From the NCBI GenBank assembly GCA_964016885.1, contig OZ024764.1, positions 18,352,001 to 18,416,000 of the forward strand: DNA of 64,000 nucleotides, written 5' to 3'. A program made the translations under genes and the position numbers. The DNA comes from Eledone cirrhosa. Its lineage: Eukaryota. Below the pieces are notes generated by a model that was given only the letters and a program-made list of their open reading frames with translations, did not search any database and was not told where the DNA came from. Shown here one piece after another: positions 11,740 through 26,700 of the stretch. Position 1 is the stretch's first letter, and each line of letters starts with the position of its first letter.

Positions 11740-14700
11740 GCTGTAACGGCACCATATGAGTAAAACCACACTAAAATGACTCTATAATGGCTATAAAGAC
11801 TCTATCATTGATAAAATGACACTAAAAGGGTTGTAACGGCACCATAAATGAGTAAAATGGCTAAAACACTCCTTAAATTAGTAAAACGACTCTTAAATGT
11901 CTAAAATCCCTCTAAAATGGCTAAAACACTCCTTAAATGAGTAAAACCACTCTAAAATGGCTGAAATGACTCTATAAGGGCTATAACGGACTCTATAATT
12001 GATAAAATGACACTAAAAGGGCTGTAACAGCATCATAAATGACTAAAATGGCTAAAACAATCCTTAAATTAGTAAAACCACTCTCAAATGTCTAAAATCC
12101 CTCTAAAATGGCTAAAACACTCCTTAAATGAGTAAAACCACTCTAAAATGACGCTAAAATGTCTGAAATGACTCTCTAAGGGCTATAACGGTCTCTATAA
12201 TTGATAAAATGACACTAAAAGGGCTGTAACGGCACCGTAAATGAATAAAACGTCTCTAAAATGGCTAAAACACTCCTTAAATTAGTAAAACTACTCTCAA
12301 ATGTCTAAAATCCCTCTAAAATGGCTAAAACGCTCCTTAAATGAGTAAAACCACTCTAAAATGGCTAAAATGACTCTATAAGGGCTATAACGGACTCTAT
12401 AATTGATAAAATGCCACTAAAAGGGCTGTAACGGCACCGTAAATGACTAAAACGTCTCTAAAATGGCTAAAACACTCCTTAAATTAGTAAAACCACTCTC
12501 AAATGTCTAAAATCCCTCTAAAATGGCTAAAACACTCCTTAAATGAGTAAAACCACTCTAAAATGACTCTATAAGGGCTATAACGGACTCTATAATTGAT
12601 AAAATGACACTAAAAGGGCTGTAACGGCACCGTAAATGAATAAAACGTCTCTAAAATGGCTAAAACACTCCTTAAATTAGTAAAACTACTCTCAAATGTC
12701 TAAAATCCCTCTAAAATGGCTAAAACGCTCCTTAAATGAGTAAAACCACTCTAAAATGGCTAAAATGACTCTATAAGGGCTATAACGGACTCTATAATTG
12801 ATAAAATGGACACTAAAAGGGCTGTAACGGCACCGTAAATGACTAAAACGTCTCTAAAATGGCTAAAACACTCCTTAAATGAGTAAAACGACTCTCAAAT
12901 GTCTAAAACCCCCCTAAAATGGCTAAAACACTCCTTAAATGAGTAAAACCACTCTAAAATGGCTCAGATGACTCTCTAAGGGCTATAACGGACTCTATAA
13001 TTGATAAAATGACACTAAAAGGGCTGTAACAGCATCATAAATGACTAAAACGTCTCTAAAATGGCTAAAACAATCCTTAAATTAGTAAAACCACTCTCAA
13101 ATGTCTAAAATCCCTCTAAAATGGCTAAAACACTCCTTAAATGAGTAAAACCACTCTAAAATGTCTGAAATGACTCTCTAAGGGCTATAACGGTCTCTAT
13201 AATTGATAAAATGACACTAAAAGGGCTGTAACGGCACCGTAAATGAATAAAACGTCTCTAAAATGGCTAAAACACTCCTTAAATTAGTAAAACTACTCTC
13301 AAATGTCTAAAATCCCTCTAAAATGGCTAAAACACTCCTTAAATGAGTAAAACCACTCTAAAATGGCTAAAATGACTCTATAAGGGCTATAACGGACTCT
13401 ATAATTGATAAAATGACACTAAAAGGGCTGTAACGGCACCGTAAATGACTAAAACGTCTCTAAAATGGCTAAAACACTCCTTAAATTAGTAAAACCACTC
13501 TCAAATGTCTAAAATCCCTCTAAAATGGCTAAAACACTCCTTAAATGAGTAAAACCACTCTAAAATGGCTCAAATGACTCTCTAAGGGCTATAACGGACT
13601 CTATAATTGATAAAATGACACTAAAAGGGCTGTAACAGCATCATAGATGACTAAAACGTCTCTAAAATGGCTAAAACACTCCTTAAATGAGTAAAACCAC
13701 TCTCAAATGTCTAAAATCCCTCTAAAATGGCTAAAACACTCCTTAAATGAGTAAAACCACTCTAAAATGACGCTAAAATGTCTGAAATGACTCTCTAAGG
13801 GCTATAACGGTCTCTATAATTGATAAAATGACACTAAAAGGGCTGTAACGGCACCGTAAATGAATAAAACGTCTCTAAAATGGCTAAAACACTCCTTAAA
13901 TTAGTAAAACCACTCTCAAATGTCTAAAATCCCTCTAAAATGGCTAAAACACTCCTCTCCTTAAATGAGTAAAACCACTCTAAAATGGCTAAAATGACTC
14001 TATAAGGGCTATAACGGACTCTATAATTGATAAAATGACACTAAAAGTGCTGTAACGGCACCGTAAATGACTAAAACGTCTCTAAAATGGCTAAAACACT
14101 CCTTAAATGAGTAAAACCACTCTAAAATGGCTCAAATGACTCTCTAAGGGCTATAAGGACTCTATAATTGATAAAATTACACTAAAAGGGCTGTAACAGC
14201 ATCATAAATGACTAAAACGTCTCTAAAATGGCTAAAACACTCCTTAAATTAGTAAAACCACTCTCAAATGTCTAAAATCCCTCTAAAATGGCTAAAACAC
14301 TCCTTAAATGAGTAAAACCACTCTAAAATAACGCTAAAATGTCTGAAATGACTCTCTAAAAGCTATAACGGTCTCTATAATTGATAAAATGACACTAAAA
14401 GAGCTGTAACGGCACCGTAAATGAATAAAACGTCTCTAAAATGGCTAAAACACTCCTTAAATTAGTAAAACTACTCTCAAATGTCTAAAATCCCTCTAAA
14501 ATGGCTAAAACGCTCCTTAAATGAGTAAAACCACTCTAAAATGGCTAAAATGACTCTATAAGGGCTATAACGGACTTTATAATTGATAAAATGACACTAA
14601 AAGGGCTGTAACGGCACCGTAAATGACTAAAACGTCTCTAAAATGGCTAAAACACTCCTTAAATTAGTAAAACTACTCTCAAATGTCTAAAATCCCTCTA

Positions 14701-17700
14701 AAATGGCTAAAACGCTCCTTAAATGAGTAAAACCACTCTAAAATGGCTAAAATGACTCTATAAGGGCTATAACGGACTCTATAATTGATAAAATGCCACT
14801 AAAAGGGCTGTAACGGCACCGTAAATGACTAAAACGTCTCTAAAATGGCTAAAACATTCCTTAAATTAGTAAAACCACTCTCAAATGTCTAAAATCCCTC
14901 TAAAATGGCTAAAACACTCCTTAAATGAGTAAAACCACTCTAAAATGACTCTATAAGGGCTATAACGGACTCTATAATTGATAAAATGACACTAAAAGGG
15001 CTGTAACGGCACCGTAAATGAATAAAACGTCTCTAAAATGGCTAAAACACTCCTTAAATTAGTAAAACTACTCTCAAATGTCTAAAATCCCTCTAAAATG
15101 GCTAAAACGCTCCTTAAATGAGTAAAACCACTCTAAAATGGCTAAAATGACTCTATAAGGGCTATAACGGACTCTATAATTGATAAAATGACACTAAAAG
15201 GGCTGTAACGGCACCGTAAATGACTAAAACGTCTCTAAAATGGCTAAAACACTCCTTAAATGAGTAAAACGACTCTCAAATGTCTAAAACCCCCCTAAAA
15301 TGGCTAAAACACTCCTTAAATGAGTAAAAACCACTCTAAAATGGCTCAGATGACTCTCTAAGGGCTATAACGGACTCTATAATTGATAAAATGACACTAA
15401 AAGGGCTGTAACAGCATCATAAATGACTAAAACGTCTCTAAAATGGCTAAAACAATCCTTAATTAGTAAAACCACTCTCAAATGTCTAAAAATCCCTCTA
15501 AAATGGCTAAAACACTCCTTAAATGAGTAAAACCACTCTAAAATGTCTGAAATGACTCTCTAAGGGCTATAACGGTCTCTATAATTGATAAAATGACACT
15601 AAAAGGGCTGTAACGGCACCGTAAATGAATAAAACGTCTCTAAAATGGCTAAAACACTCCTTAAATTAGTAAAACTACTCTCAAATGTCTAAAATCCCTC
15701 TAAAATGGCTAAAACACTCTTAAATGAGTAAAACCACTCTAAAATGGCTAAAATGACTCTATAAGGGCTATAACGGACTCTATAATTGATAAAATGACAC
15801 TAAAAGGGCTGTAACGGCACCGTAAATGACTAAAACGTCTCTAAAATGGCTAAAACACTCCTTAAATTAGTAAAACCACTCTCAAATGTCTAAAATCCCT
15901 CTAAAATGGCTAAAACACTCCTTAAATGAGTAAAACCACTCTAAAATGGCTCAAATGACTCTCTAAGGGCTATAACGGACTCTATAATTGATAAAATGAC
16001 ACTAAAAGGGCTGTAACAGCATCATAGATGACTAAAACGTCTCTAAAATGGCTAAAACACTCCTTAAATGAGTAAAACCACTCTCAAATGTCTAAAATCC
16101 CTCTAAAATGGCTAAAACACTCCTTAAATGAGTAAAACCACTCTAAAATGACGCTAAAATGTCTGAAATGACTCTCTAAGGGCTATAACGGTCTCTATAA
16201 TTGATAAAATGACACTAAAAGGGCTGTAACGGCACCGTAAATGAATAAAACGTCTCTAAAATGGCTAAAACACTCCTTAAATTAGTAAAACCACTCTCAA
16301 ATGTCTAAAATCCCTCTAAAATGGCTAAAACACTCCTTAAATGAGTAAAACCACTCTAAAATGGCTAAAATGACTCTATAAGGCTATAACGGACTCTATA
16401 ATTGATAAAATGACACTAAAAGTGCTGTAACGCACCGTAAATGACTAAAACGTCTCTAAAATGGCTAAAACACTCCTTAAATGAGTAAAACCACTCTAAA
16501 ATGGCTCAAATGACTCTCTAAGGGCTATAAGGACTCTATAATTGATAAAATTACACTAAAAGGGCTGTAACAGCATCATAAATGACTAAAACGTCTCTAA
16601 AATGGCTAAAACACTCCTTAAATTAGTAAAACCACTCTCAAATGTCTAAAATCCCTCTAAAATGGCTAAAACACTCCTTAAATGAGTAAAACCACTCTAA
16701 AATAACGCTAAAATGTCTGAAATGACTCTCTAAAAGCTATAACGGTCTCTATAATTGATAAAATGACACTAAAAGAGCTGTAACGGCACCGTAAATGAAT
16801 AAAACGTCTCTAAAATGGCTAAAACACTCCTTAAATTAGTAAAACTACTCTCAAATGTCTAAAATCCCTCTAAAATGGCTAAAACGCTCCTTAAATGAGT
16901 AAAACCACTCTAAAATGGCTAAAATGACTCTATAAGGGCTATAACGGACTTTATAATTGATAAAATGACACTAAAAGGGCTGTAACGGCACCGTAAATGA
17001 CTAAAACGTCTCTAAAATGGCTAAAACACTCCTTAAATTAGTAAAACGACTCTCAAATGTCTAAAATCCCTCTAAAATGGCTAAAACACTCCTTAAATGA
17101 GTAAAACCACTCTAAAATGACTCTATAAGGGCTATAACGGACTCTATAATTGATAAAATGACACTAAAAGGCTGTAACGTCACCGTAAATGAATAAAACG
17201 TCTCTAAAATGGCTAAAACACTCCTTAAATTAGTAAAACTACTCTCAAATGTCTAAAATCCCTCTAAAATGGCTAAAACGCTCCTTAAATGAGTAAAACC
17301 ACTCTAAAATGGCTAAAATGACTCTATAAGGGCTATAACGGACTCTATAATTGATAAAATGACACTAAAAGGGCTGTAACGGCACGGTAAATGACTAAAA
17401 CGTCTCTAAAATGGCTAAAACACTCCTTAAATTAGTAAACGACTCTCAAATGTCTAAAATGGCTAAAACACTCCTTAAATGAGTAAAACCACTCTAAAAT
17501 GACTCAAATGACTCTCTAAGGGCTATAAGGGACTCTATAATTGATAAAATGACACTAAAAGGGCTGTAACAGCATCATAAATGACTAAAACGTCTCTAAA
17601 ATGGCTAAAACACTCCTTAAATTAGTAAAACGACTCTCAAATGTCTAAAATCCTCTAAAATGGCTAAAACACTCCTTAAATGAGTAAAACCACTCTGAAA

Positions 17701-20700
17701 TGGCTAAAATGACTCTATAAGGGGCTATAACGGACTCTATAATTGATTAAAATGACACTAAAAGTGCTGTAACGGCACCGTAAATGACTATAACGTCTCT
17801 AAAATGGCTAAAACACTCCTTAAATGAGTAAAAACCACTCTAAAATGGCTCAAATGACTCTCTAAGGCTATAAGGACTCTATAATTGATACAATTACACT
17901 AAAAGGGCTGTAACCGCATCATAAATGACTAAAACGTCTCTAAAATGGCTAAAACACTCTTAAATGAGTAAAACCACTCTAAAATGTCTGAAATGACTCT
18001 CTAAGGGCTATAACGGTCTCTATAATTGATAAAATGACACTAAAAGGGCTGTAACGGCACCGTAAATGAATAAAACGTCTCTAAAATGGCTAAAACACTC
18101 CTTAAATTAGTAAAACTACTCTCAAATGTCTAAAATCCCTCTAAAATGGCTAAAACACTCCTTAAATGAGTAAAACCACTCTAAAATGGCTAAAATGACT
18201 CTATAAGGGCTATAACGGACTCTATAATTGATAAAATGACACTAAAAGGGCTGTAACGGCACCGTAAATGACTAAAACGTCTCTAAAATGGCTAAAACAC
18301 TCCTTAAATTAGTAAAACCACTCTCAAATGTCTAAAATCCCTCTAAAATGGCTAAAACACTCCTTAAATGAGTAAAACCACTCTAAAATGGCTCAAATGA
18401 CTCTCTAAGGCTATAACGGACTCTATAATTGATAAAATGACACTAAAAGGGCTGTAACAGCATCATAAATGACTAAAACGTCTCTAAAATGGCTAAAACA
18501 CTCCTTAAATGAGTAAAACCACTCTCAAATGTCTAAAATCCCTCTAAAATGGCTAAAACACTCCTTAAATGAGTAAAACCACTCTAAAATGACGCTAAAA
18601 TGTCTGAAATGACTCTCTAAGGGCTATAACGGTCTCTATAATTGATAAAATGACACTAAAAGGGCTGTAACGGCACCGTAAATGAATAAAACGTCTCTAA
18701 AATGGCTAAAACACTCCTTAAATTAGTAAAACCACTCTCAAATGTCTAAAATCCCTCTAAAATTGGCTAAAACACTCCTTAAATGAGTAAAACCACTCTA
18801 AAATGGCTAAAATGACTCTATAAGGGCTATAACGGACTCTATAATTGATAAAATGACACTAAAAGTGCTGTAACGGCACCGTAAATGACTAAAACGTCTC
18901 TAAAATGGCTAAAACACTCCTTAAATGAGTAAAACCACTCTAAAATGGCTCAAATGACTCTCTAAGGGCTATAAGGACTCTATAATTGATAAAATTACAC
19001 TAAAAGGGCTGTAACAGCATCATAAATGACTAAAACGTCTCTAAAATGGCTAAAAACACTCCTTAAATTAGTAAAACCACTCTCAAAATGTCTAAAATCC
19101 CTCTAAAATGGCTAAAACACTCCTTAAATGAGTAAAACCACTCTAAAATAACGCTAAAATGTCTGAAATGACTCTCTAAAAGCTATAACGGTCTCTATAA
19201 TTGATAAAATGACACTAAAAGAGCTGTAACGGCACCGTAAATGAATAAAACGTCTCTAAAATGGCTAAAACACTCCTTAAATTAGTAAAACTACTCTCAA
19301 ATGTCTAAAATCCCTCTAAAATGGCTAAAACGCTCCTTAAATGAGTAAAACCACTCTAAAATGGCTAAAATGACTCTATAAGGGCTATAACGGACTTTAT
19401 AATTGATAAAATGACACTAAAAGGGCTGTAACGGCACCGTAAATGACTAAAACGTCTCTAAAATGGCTAAAACACTCCTTAAATTAGTAAAACGACTCTC
19501 AAATGTCTAAAAATCCCTCTAAAATGCTAAAACACTCCTTAAATGATTAAACCACTCTAAAATGACTCTATAAGGCTATAACGGACTCTATAATTGATAA
19601 AATGACACTAAAAGGGCTGTAACGTCACCGTAAATGAATAAAACGTCTCTAAAATGGCTAAAACACTCCTTAAATTAGTAAAACTACTCTCAAATGTCTA
19701 AAATCCCTCTAAAATGGCTAAAACGCTCCTTAAATGAGTAAAACCACTCTAAAATGGCTAAAATGACTCTATAAGGGCTATAACGGACTCTATAATTGAT
19801 AAAATGACACTAAAAGGGCTGTAACGGCACCGTAAATGACTAAAACGTCTCTAAAATGGCTAAAACACTCCTTAAATTAGTAAAACGACTCTCAAATGTC
19901 TAAAATGGCTAAAACACTCCTTAAATGAGTAAAACCACTCTAAAATGACTCAAATGACTCTCTAAGGGCTATAAGGGACTCTATAATTGATAAAATGACA
20001 CTAAAAGGGCTGTAACAGCATCATAAATGACTAAAACGTCTCTAAAATGGCTAAAACACTCCTTAAATTAGTAAAACGACTCTCAAATGTCTAAAATCCC
20101 TCTAAAATGGCTAAAACACTCCTTAAATGAGTAAAACCACTCTGAATGGCTAAAATGACTCTATAAGGGCTATAACGGACTCTATAATTGATAAAATGAC
20201 ACTAAAAGTGCTGTAACGGCACCGTAAATGACTAAAACGTCTCTAAAATGGCTAAAACACTCCTTAAATGAGTAAAACCACTCTAAAATGGCTCAAATGA
20301 CTCTCTAAGGGCTATAAGGACTCTATAATTGATACAATTACACTAAAAGGGCTGTAACCGCATCATAAATGACTAAAACGTCTCTAAAATGGCTAAAACA
20401 CTCCTTAAATGAGTAAAACCACTCTAAAATGGCTCAAATGACTCTCTAAGGGCTATAACGGACTCTATAATTGATAAAATGACACTAAAGGGGGCTGTAA
20501 CAGCATCATAAATGACTAAAACGTCTCTAAAATGGCTAAAACACTCCTTAAATTAGTAAAACCACTCTCAAATGTCTAAAATCCCTCTAAAATGGCTAAA
20601 ACACTCCTTAAATGAGTAAAACCACTCTGAAATGGCTAAAATGACTCTATAAGGGCTATAACGGACTCTATAATTGATAAAATGACACTAAAAGTGCTGT

Positions 20701-23700
20701 AACGGCACCGTAAATGACTAAAACGTCTCTAAAATGGCTAAAACACTCCTTAAATGAGTAAAACCACTCTAAAATGGCTCAAATGACTCTCTAAGGGCTA
20801 TAACGGACTCTATAATTGATAAAATGACACTAAAAGGGCTGTAACAGCATCATAAAATGACTAAAACGTCTCTAAAATGGCTAAAACACTCCTTAAATTA
20901 GTAAAACGACTCTCAAATGTCTAAAATCCCTCTAAAATGGCTAAAACACTCCTTAAATGAGTAAAACCACTCTGAAATGGCTAAAATGACTCTATAAGGG
21001 CTATAACGGACTCTATAATTGATAAAATGACACTAAAAGTGCTGTAACGGCATCATAAATGACTAAAACGTCTCTAAAATGGGTAAAACACTCCTTAAAT
21101 TAGTAAAACCACTCTCAAATGTCTAAAATCCCTCTAAAATGGCTAAAACACTCCTTAAATGAGTAAAACCACTCTAAAATGACTCTATAAGGGCTATAAC
21201 GGACTCTATAATTGATAAAATGACACTAAAAGGGCTGTAACAGCATCATAAATGACGAAAACGTCTCTAAAATGGCTAAACACTCCTTAAATTAGTAAAA
21301 CCACTCTCAAATGTCTAAAATCCCTCTAAAATGGCTAAAACACTCCTTAAATGTGTAAAACCACTCTAAAATGGCTCAAATGACTCTCTAAGGGCTATAA
21401 CGGACTCTATAATTGATAAAATGACACTAAAAGGGCTGTAACAGCATCATAAATGACTAAAACGTCTCTAAAATGGCTAAAACACTCCTTAAATTAGTAA
21501 AACCACTCTCAAATGTCTAAAATCCCTCTAAAATGGCTAAAACACTCCTTAAATGAGTAAAACCACTCTAAAATGACGCTAAAATGTCTGAAATGACTCT
21601 CTAAGGGCTATAACGGACTCTATAATTGATAAAATGACACTAAAAGGGCTGTAACAGCATCATAAATGACTAAAACGTCTCTAAAATGGCTAAAACACTC
21701 CTTAAATTAGTAAAACTACTCTCAAATGTCTAAAATCCCTCTAAAATGGCTAAAACACTCCTTAAATGAGTAAAACCACTCTAAAATGACGCTAAAATGT
21801 CTGAAATGACTCTCTAAGGGCTATAACGGTCTCTATAATTGATAAAATGACACTAAAAAGGCTGTAACGGCACCGTAAATGAATAAAACGTCTCTAAAAT
21901 GGCTAAAACACTCCTTAAATTAGTAAAACCACTCTCAAATGTCTAAAATCCCTCTAAAATGGCTAAAACACTCCTTAAATGAGTAAAACCACTCTAAAAT
22001 GGCTAAAATGACTCTATAAGGGCTATAACGGACTCTATAATTGATAAAATGACACTAAAAGTGCTGTAACGGCACCGTAAATGACTAAAACGTCTCTAAA
22101 ATGGCTAAAACACTCCTTAAATGAGTAAAACCACTCTAAAATGGCTCAAATGACTCTCTAAGGGCTATAACGGACTCTATAATTGATAAAATGACACTAA
22201 AAGGGCTGTAACAGCATCATAAATGACTAAAACGTCTCTAAAATGGCTAAAACACTCCTTAAATTAGTAAAACTACTCTCAAATGTCTAAAATCCCTCTA
22301 AAATGGCTAAAACACTCCTTAAATGAGTAAAACCACTCTAAAATGACGCTAAAATGTCTGAAATGACTCTCTAAGGGCTATAACGGTCTCTATAATTGAT
22401 AAAATGACACTAAAAAGGCTGTAACGGCACCGTAAATGAATAAAACGTCTCTAAAATGGCTAAAACACTCCTTAAATTAGTAAAACCACTCTCAAATGTC
22501 TAAAATCCCTCTAAAATGGCTAAAACACTCCTTAAATGAGTAAAACCACTCTAAAATGGCTAAAATGACTCTATAAGGGCTATAACGGACTCTATAATTG
22601 ATAAAATGACACTAAAAGTGCTGTAACGGCACCGTAAATGAATAAAACGTCTCTAAAATGGCTAAAACACTCCTTAAATTAGTAAAACCACTCTCAAATG
22701 TCTAAAATCCCTCTAAAATGGCTAAAACACTCCTTAAATGAGTAAAACCACTCTAAAATGGCTAAAATGACTCTATAAGGGCTATAACGGACTCTATAAT
22801 TGATAAAATGACACTAACAGTGCTGTAACGGCACCGTAAATGACTAAAACGTCTCTAAAATGGCTAAAACACTCCTTAAATGAGTAAAACCACTCTAAAA
22901 TGGCTCAAATGACTCTCTAAGGGCTATAAGGACTCTATAATTGATAAAATTACACTAAAAGGGCTGTAACAGCATCATAAATGACTAAAACGTCTCTAAA
23001 ATGGCTAAAACACTCCTTAAATTAGTAAAACGACTCTCAAATGTCTAAAATCCCTCTAAAATGGCTAAAACACTCCTTAAATGAGTAAAACCACACTAAA
23101 ATCACGCTAAAATGTCTGAAATGACTCTCTAAGGGCTATAACGGTCTCTATAATTGATAAAATGACACTAAAAGGGCTGTAACGGCACCGTAAATGAATA
23201 AAACGTCTCTAAAATGGCTAAAACACTCCTTAAATTAGCAAAACTACTCTCAAATGTCTAAAATCCCTCTAAAATGGCTCAAATGCTCCTTAAATGAGTA
23301 AAACCACTCTAAAATGGCTAAAATGACTCTATAAGGGCTATAACGGACTCTATAATTGATAAAATGACACTAAAAGGGCTGTAACGGCACCGTAAATGAC
23401 TAAAACGTCTCTAAAATGGCTAAAACACTCCTTAAATTAGGAAAACGACTCTCAAATGTCTAAAATCCCTCTAAAATGGCTAAAACACACATTAAATGAG
23501 TAAAACCACTCTAAAATGGCTCAAATGACTCTCTAAGGGCTATAACGGACTCTATAATTGATAAAATGACACTAAAAGGGCGGTAACAGCATCATAAATG
23601 ACTAAAACGTCTCTAAAATGGCTAAAACACTCCTTAAATTAGTAAAACCACTCTCAAATGTCTAAAATCCCTCTAAAATGGCTAAAACACTCCTTAAATG

Positions 23701-26700
23701 AGTAAAACCACTCTAAAATGACTCTATAAGGGCTATAACGGACTCTATCATTGATAAAATGACACTAAAAGGGCTGTAACAGCATCATAAATGACTAAAA
23801 CGTCTCTAAAATGGCTAAAACACTCCTTAAATTAGTAAAATCACTCTCAAATGTCTAAAATCCCTCTAAAATGGCTAAAACACTCCTTAAATGAGTAAAA
23901 CCACTCTAAAATGGCTCAAATGACTCTCTAAGGGCTATAACGGACTCTATAATTGATAAAATGACACTAAAAGGGCTGTAACAGCATCATAAATGACTAA
24001 AACGTCTCTAAAATGGCTAAAACACTCCTTAAATTAGTAAAACCACTCTCAAATGTCTAAAATCCCTCTAAAATGGCTAAAACACTCCTTAAATGAGTAA
24101 AACCACTCTAAAATGACGCTAAAATGTCTGAAATGACTCTCTAAGGGCTATAACGGTCTCTATAATTGATAAAATGACACTAAAAAGGCTGTAACGGCAC
24201 CGTAAATGAATAAAACGTCTCTAAAATGGCTAAAACACTCCTTAAATTAGTAAAACCACTCTCAAATGTCTAAAATCCCTCTAAAATGGCTAAAACACTC
24301 CTTAAATGAGTAAAACCACTCTAAAATGGCTAAAATGACTCTATAAGGGCTATAACGGACTCTATAATTGATAAAATGACACTAAAAGTGCTGTAACGGC
24401 ACCGTAAATGACTAAAACGTCTCTAAAATGGCTAAAACACTCCTTAAATGAGTAAAACCACTCTAAAATGGCTCAAATGACTCTCTAAGGGCTATAAGGA
24501 CTCTATAATTGATAAAATTACACTAAAAGGGCTGTAACAGCATCATAAATGACTAAAACGTCTCTAAAATGGCTAAAACACTCCTTAAATTAGTAAAACG
24601 ACTCTCAAATGTCTAAAATCCCTCTAAAATGGCTAAAACACTCCTTAAATGAGTAAAACCACTCTAAAATGACGCTAAAATGTCTGAAATGACTCTCTAA
24701 GGGCTATAACGGTCTCTATAATTGATAAAATGACACTAAAAGGGCTGTAACGGCACCGTAAATGAATAAAACGTCTCTAAAATGGCTAAAACACTCCTTA
24801 AATTAGCAAAACTACTCTCAAATGTTTAAAATCCCTCTAAAATGGCTAAAACACTCCTTAAATGAGTAAAACCACTCTAAAATGGCTAAAATGACTCTAT
24901 AAGGGCTATAACGGACTCTATAATTGATAAAATGACACTAAAAGTGCTGTAACGGCACCGTAAATGACTAAAACGTCTCTAAAATGGCTAAAACACTCCT
25001 TAAATGAGTAAAACCACTCTAAAATGGCTCAAATGACTCTCTAAGGGCTATAACGGACTCTATAATTGATAAAATGACACTAAAAGGGCTGTAACAGCAT
25101 CATAAATGACTAAAACGTCTCTAAAATGGCTAAAACACTCCTTAAATTAGTAAAACTACTCTCAAATGTCTAAAATCCCTCTAAAATGGCTAAAACACTC
25201 CTTAAATGAGTAAAACCACTCTAAAATGACGCTAAAATGTCTGAAATGACTCTCTAAGGGCTATAACGGTCTCTATAATTGATAAAATGACACTAAAAAG
25301 GCTGTAACGGCACCGTAAATGAATAAAACGTCTCTAAAATGGCTAAAACACTCCTTAAATTAGTAAAACCACTCTCAAATGTCTAAAATCCCTCTAAAAT
25401 GGCTAAAACACTCCTTAAATGAGTAAAACCACTCTAAAATGGCTAAAATGACTCTATAAGGGCTATAACGGACTCTATAATTGATAAAATGACACTAAAA
25501 GTGCTGTAACGGCACCGTAAATGACTAAAACGTCTCTAAAATGGCTAAAACACTCCTTAAATGAGTAAAACCACTCTAAATGGCTCAAATGACTCTCTAA
25601 GGGCTATAACGGACTCTATAATTGATAAAATGACACTAAAAGGGCTGTAACAGCATCATAAATGACTAAAACGTCTCTAAAATGGCTAAAACACTCCTTA
25701 AATAAGTAAAACTACTCTCAAATGTCTAAAATCCCTCTAAAATGGCTAAAACACTCCTTAAATGAGTAAAACCACTCTAAAATGACGCTAAAATGTCTGA
25801 AATGACTCTCTAAGGGCTATAACGGTCTCTATAATTGATAAAATGACACTAAAAAGGCTGTAACGGCACCGTAAATGAATAAAACGTCTCTAAAATGGCT
25901 AAAACACTCCTTAAATTAGTAAAACCACTCTCAAATGTCTAAAATCCCTCTAAAATGGCTAAAACACTCCTTAAATGAGTAAAACCACTCTAAAATGTCT
26001 AAAATGACTCTATAAGGGCTATAACGGACTCTATAATTGATAAAATGACACTAAAAGTGCTGTAACGGCACCGTAAATGACTAAAACGTCTCTAAAATGG
26101 CTAAAACACTCCTTAAATGAGTAAAACCACTCTAAAATGGCTCAAATGACTCTCTAAGGGCTATAACGGACTCTATAATTGATAAAATGACACTAAAAGG
26201 GCTGTAACAGCATCATAAATGACTAAAACGTCTCTAAAATGGCTAAAACACTCCTTAAATTAGTAAAACTACTCTCAAATGTCTAAAATCCCTCTAAAAT
26301 GGCTAAAACACTCCTTAAATGAGTAAAACCACTCTAAAATGACGCTAAAATGTCTGAAATGACTCTCTAAGGGCTATAACGGTCTCTATAATTGATAAAA
26401 TGACACTAAAAAGGCTGTAACGGCACCGTAAATGAATAAAACGTCTCTAAAATGGCTAAAACACTCCTTAAATTAGTAAAACCACTCTCAAATGTCTAAA
26501 ATCCCTCTAAAATGGCTAAAACACTCCTTAAATGAGTAAAACCACTCTAAAATGGCTAAAATGACTCTATAAGGGCTATAACGGACTCTATAATTGATAA
26601 AATGACACTAAAAGTGCTGTAACGGCACCGTAAATGACTAAAACGTCTCTAAAATGGCTAAAACACTCCTTAAATGAGTAAAACCACTCTAAAATGGCTC

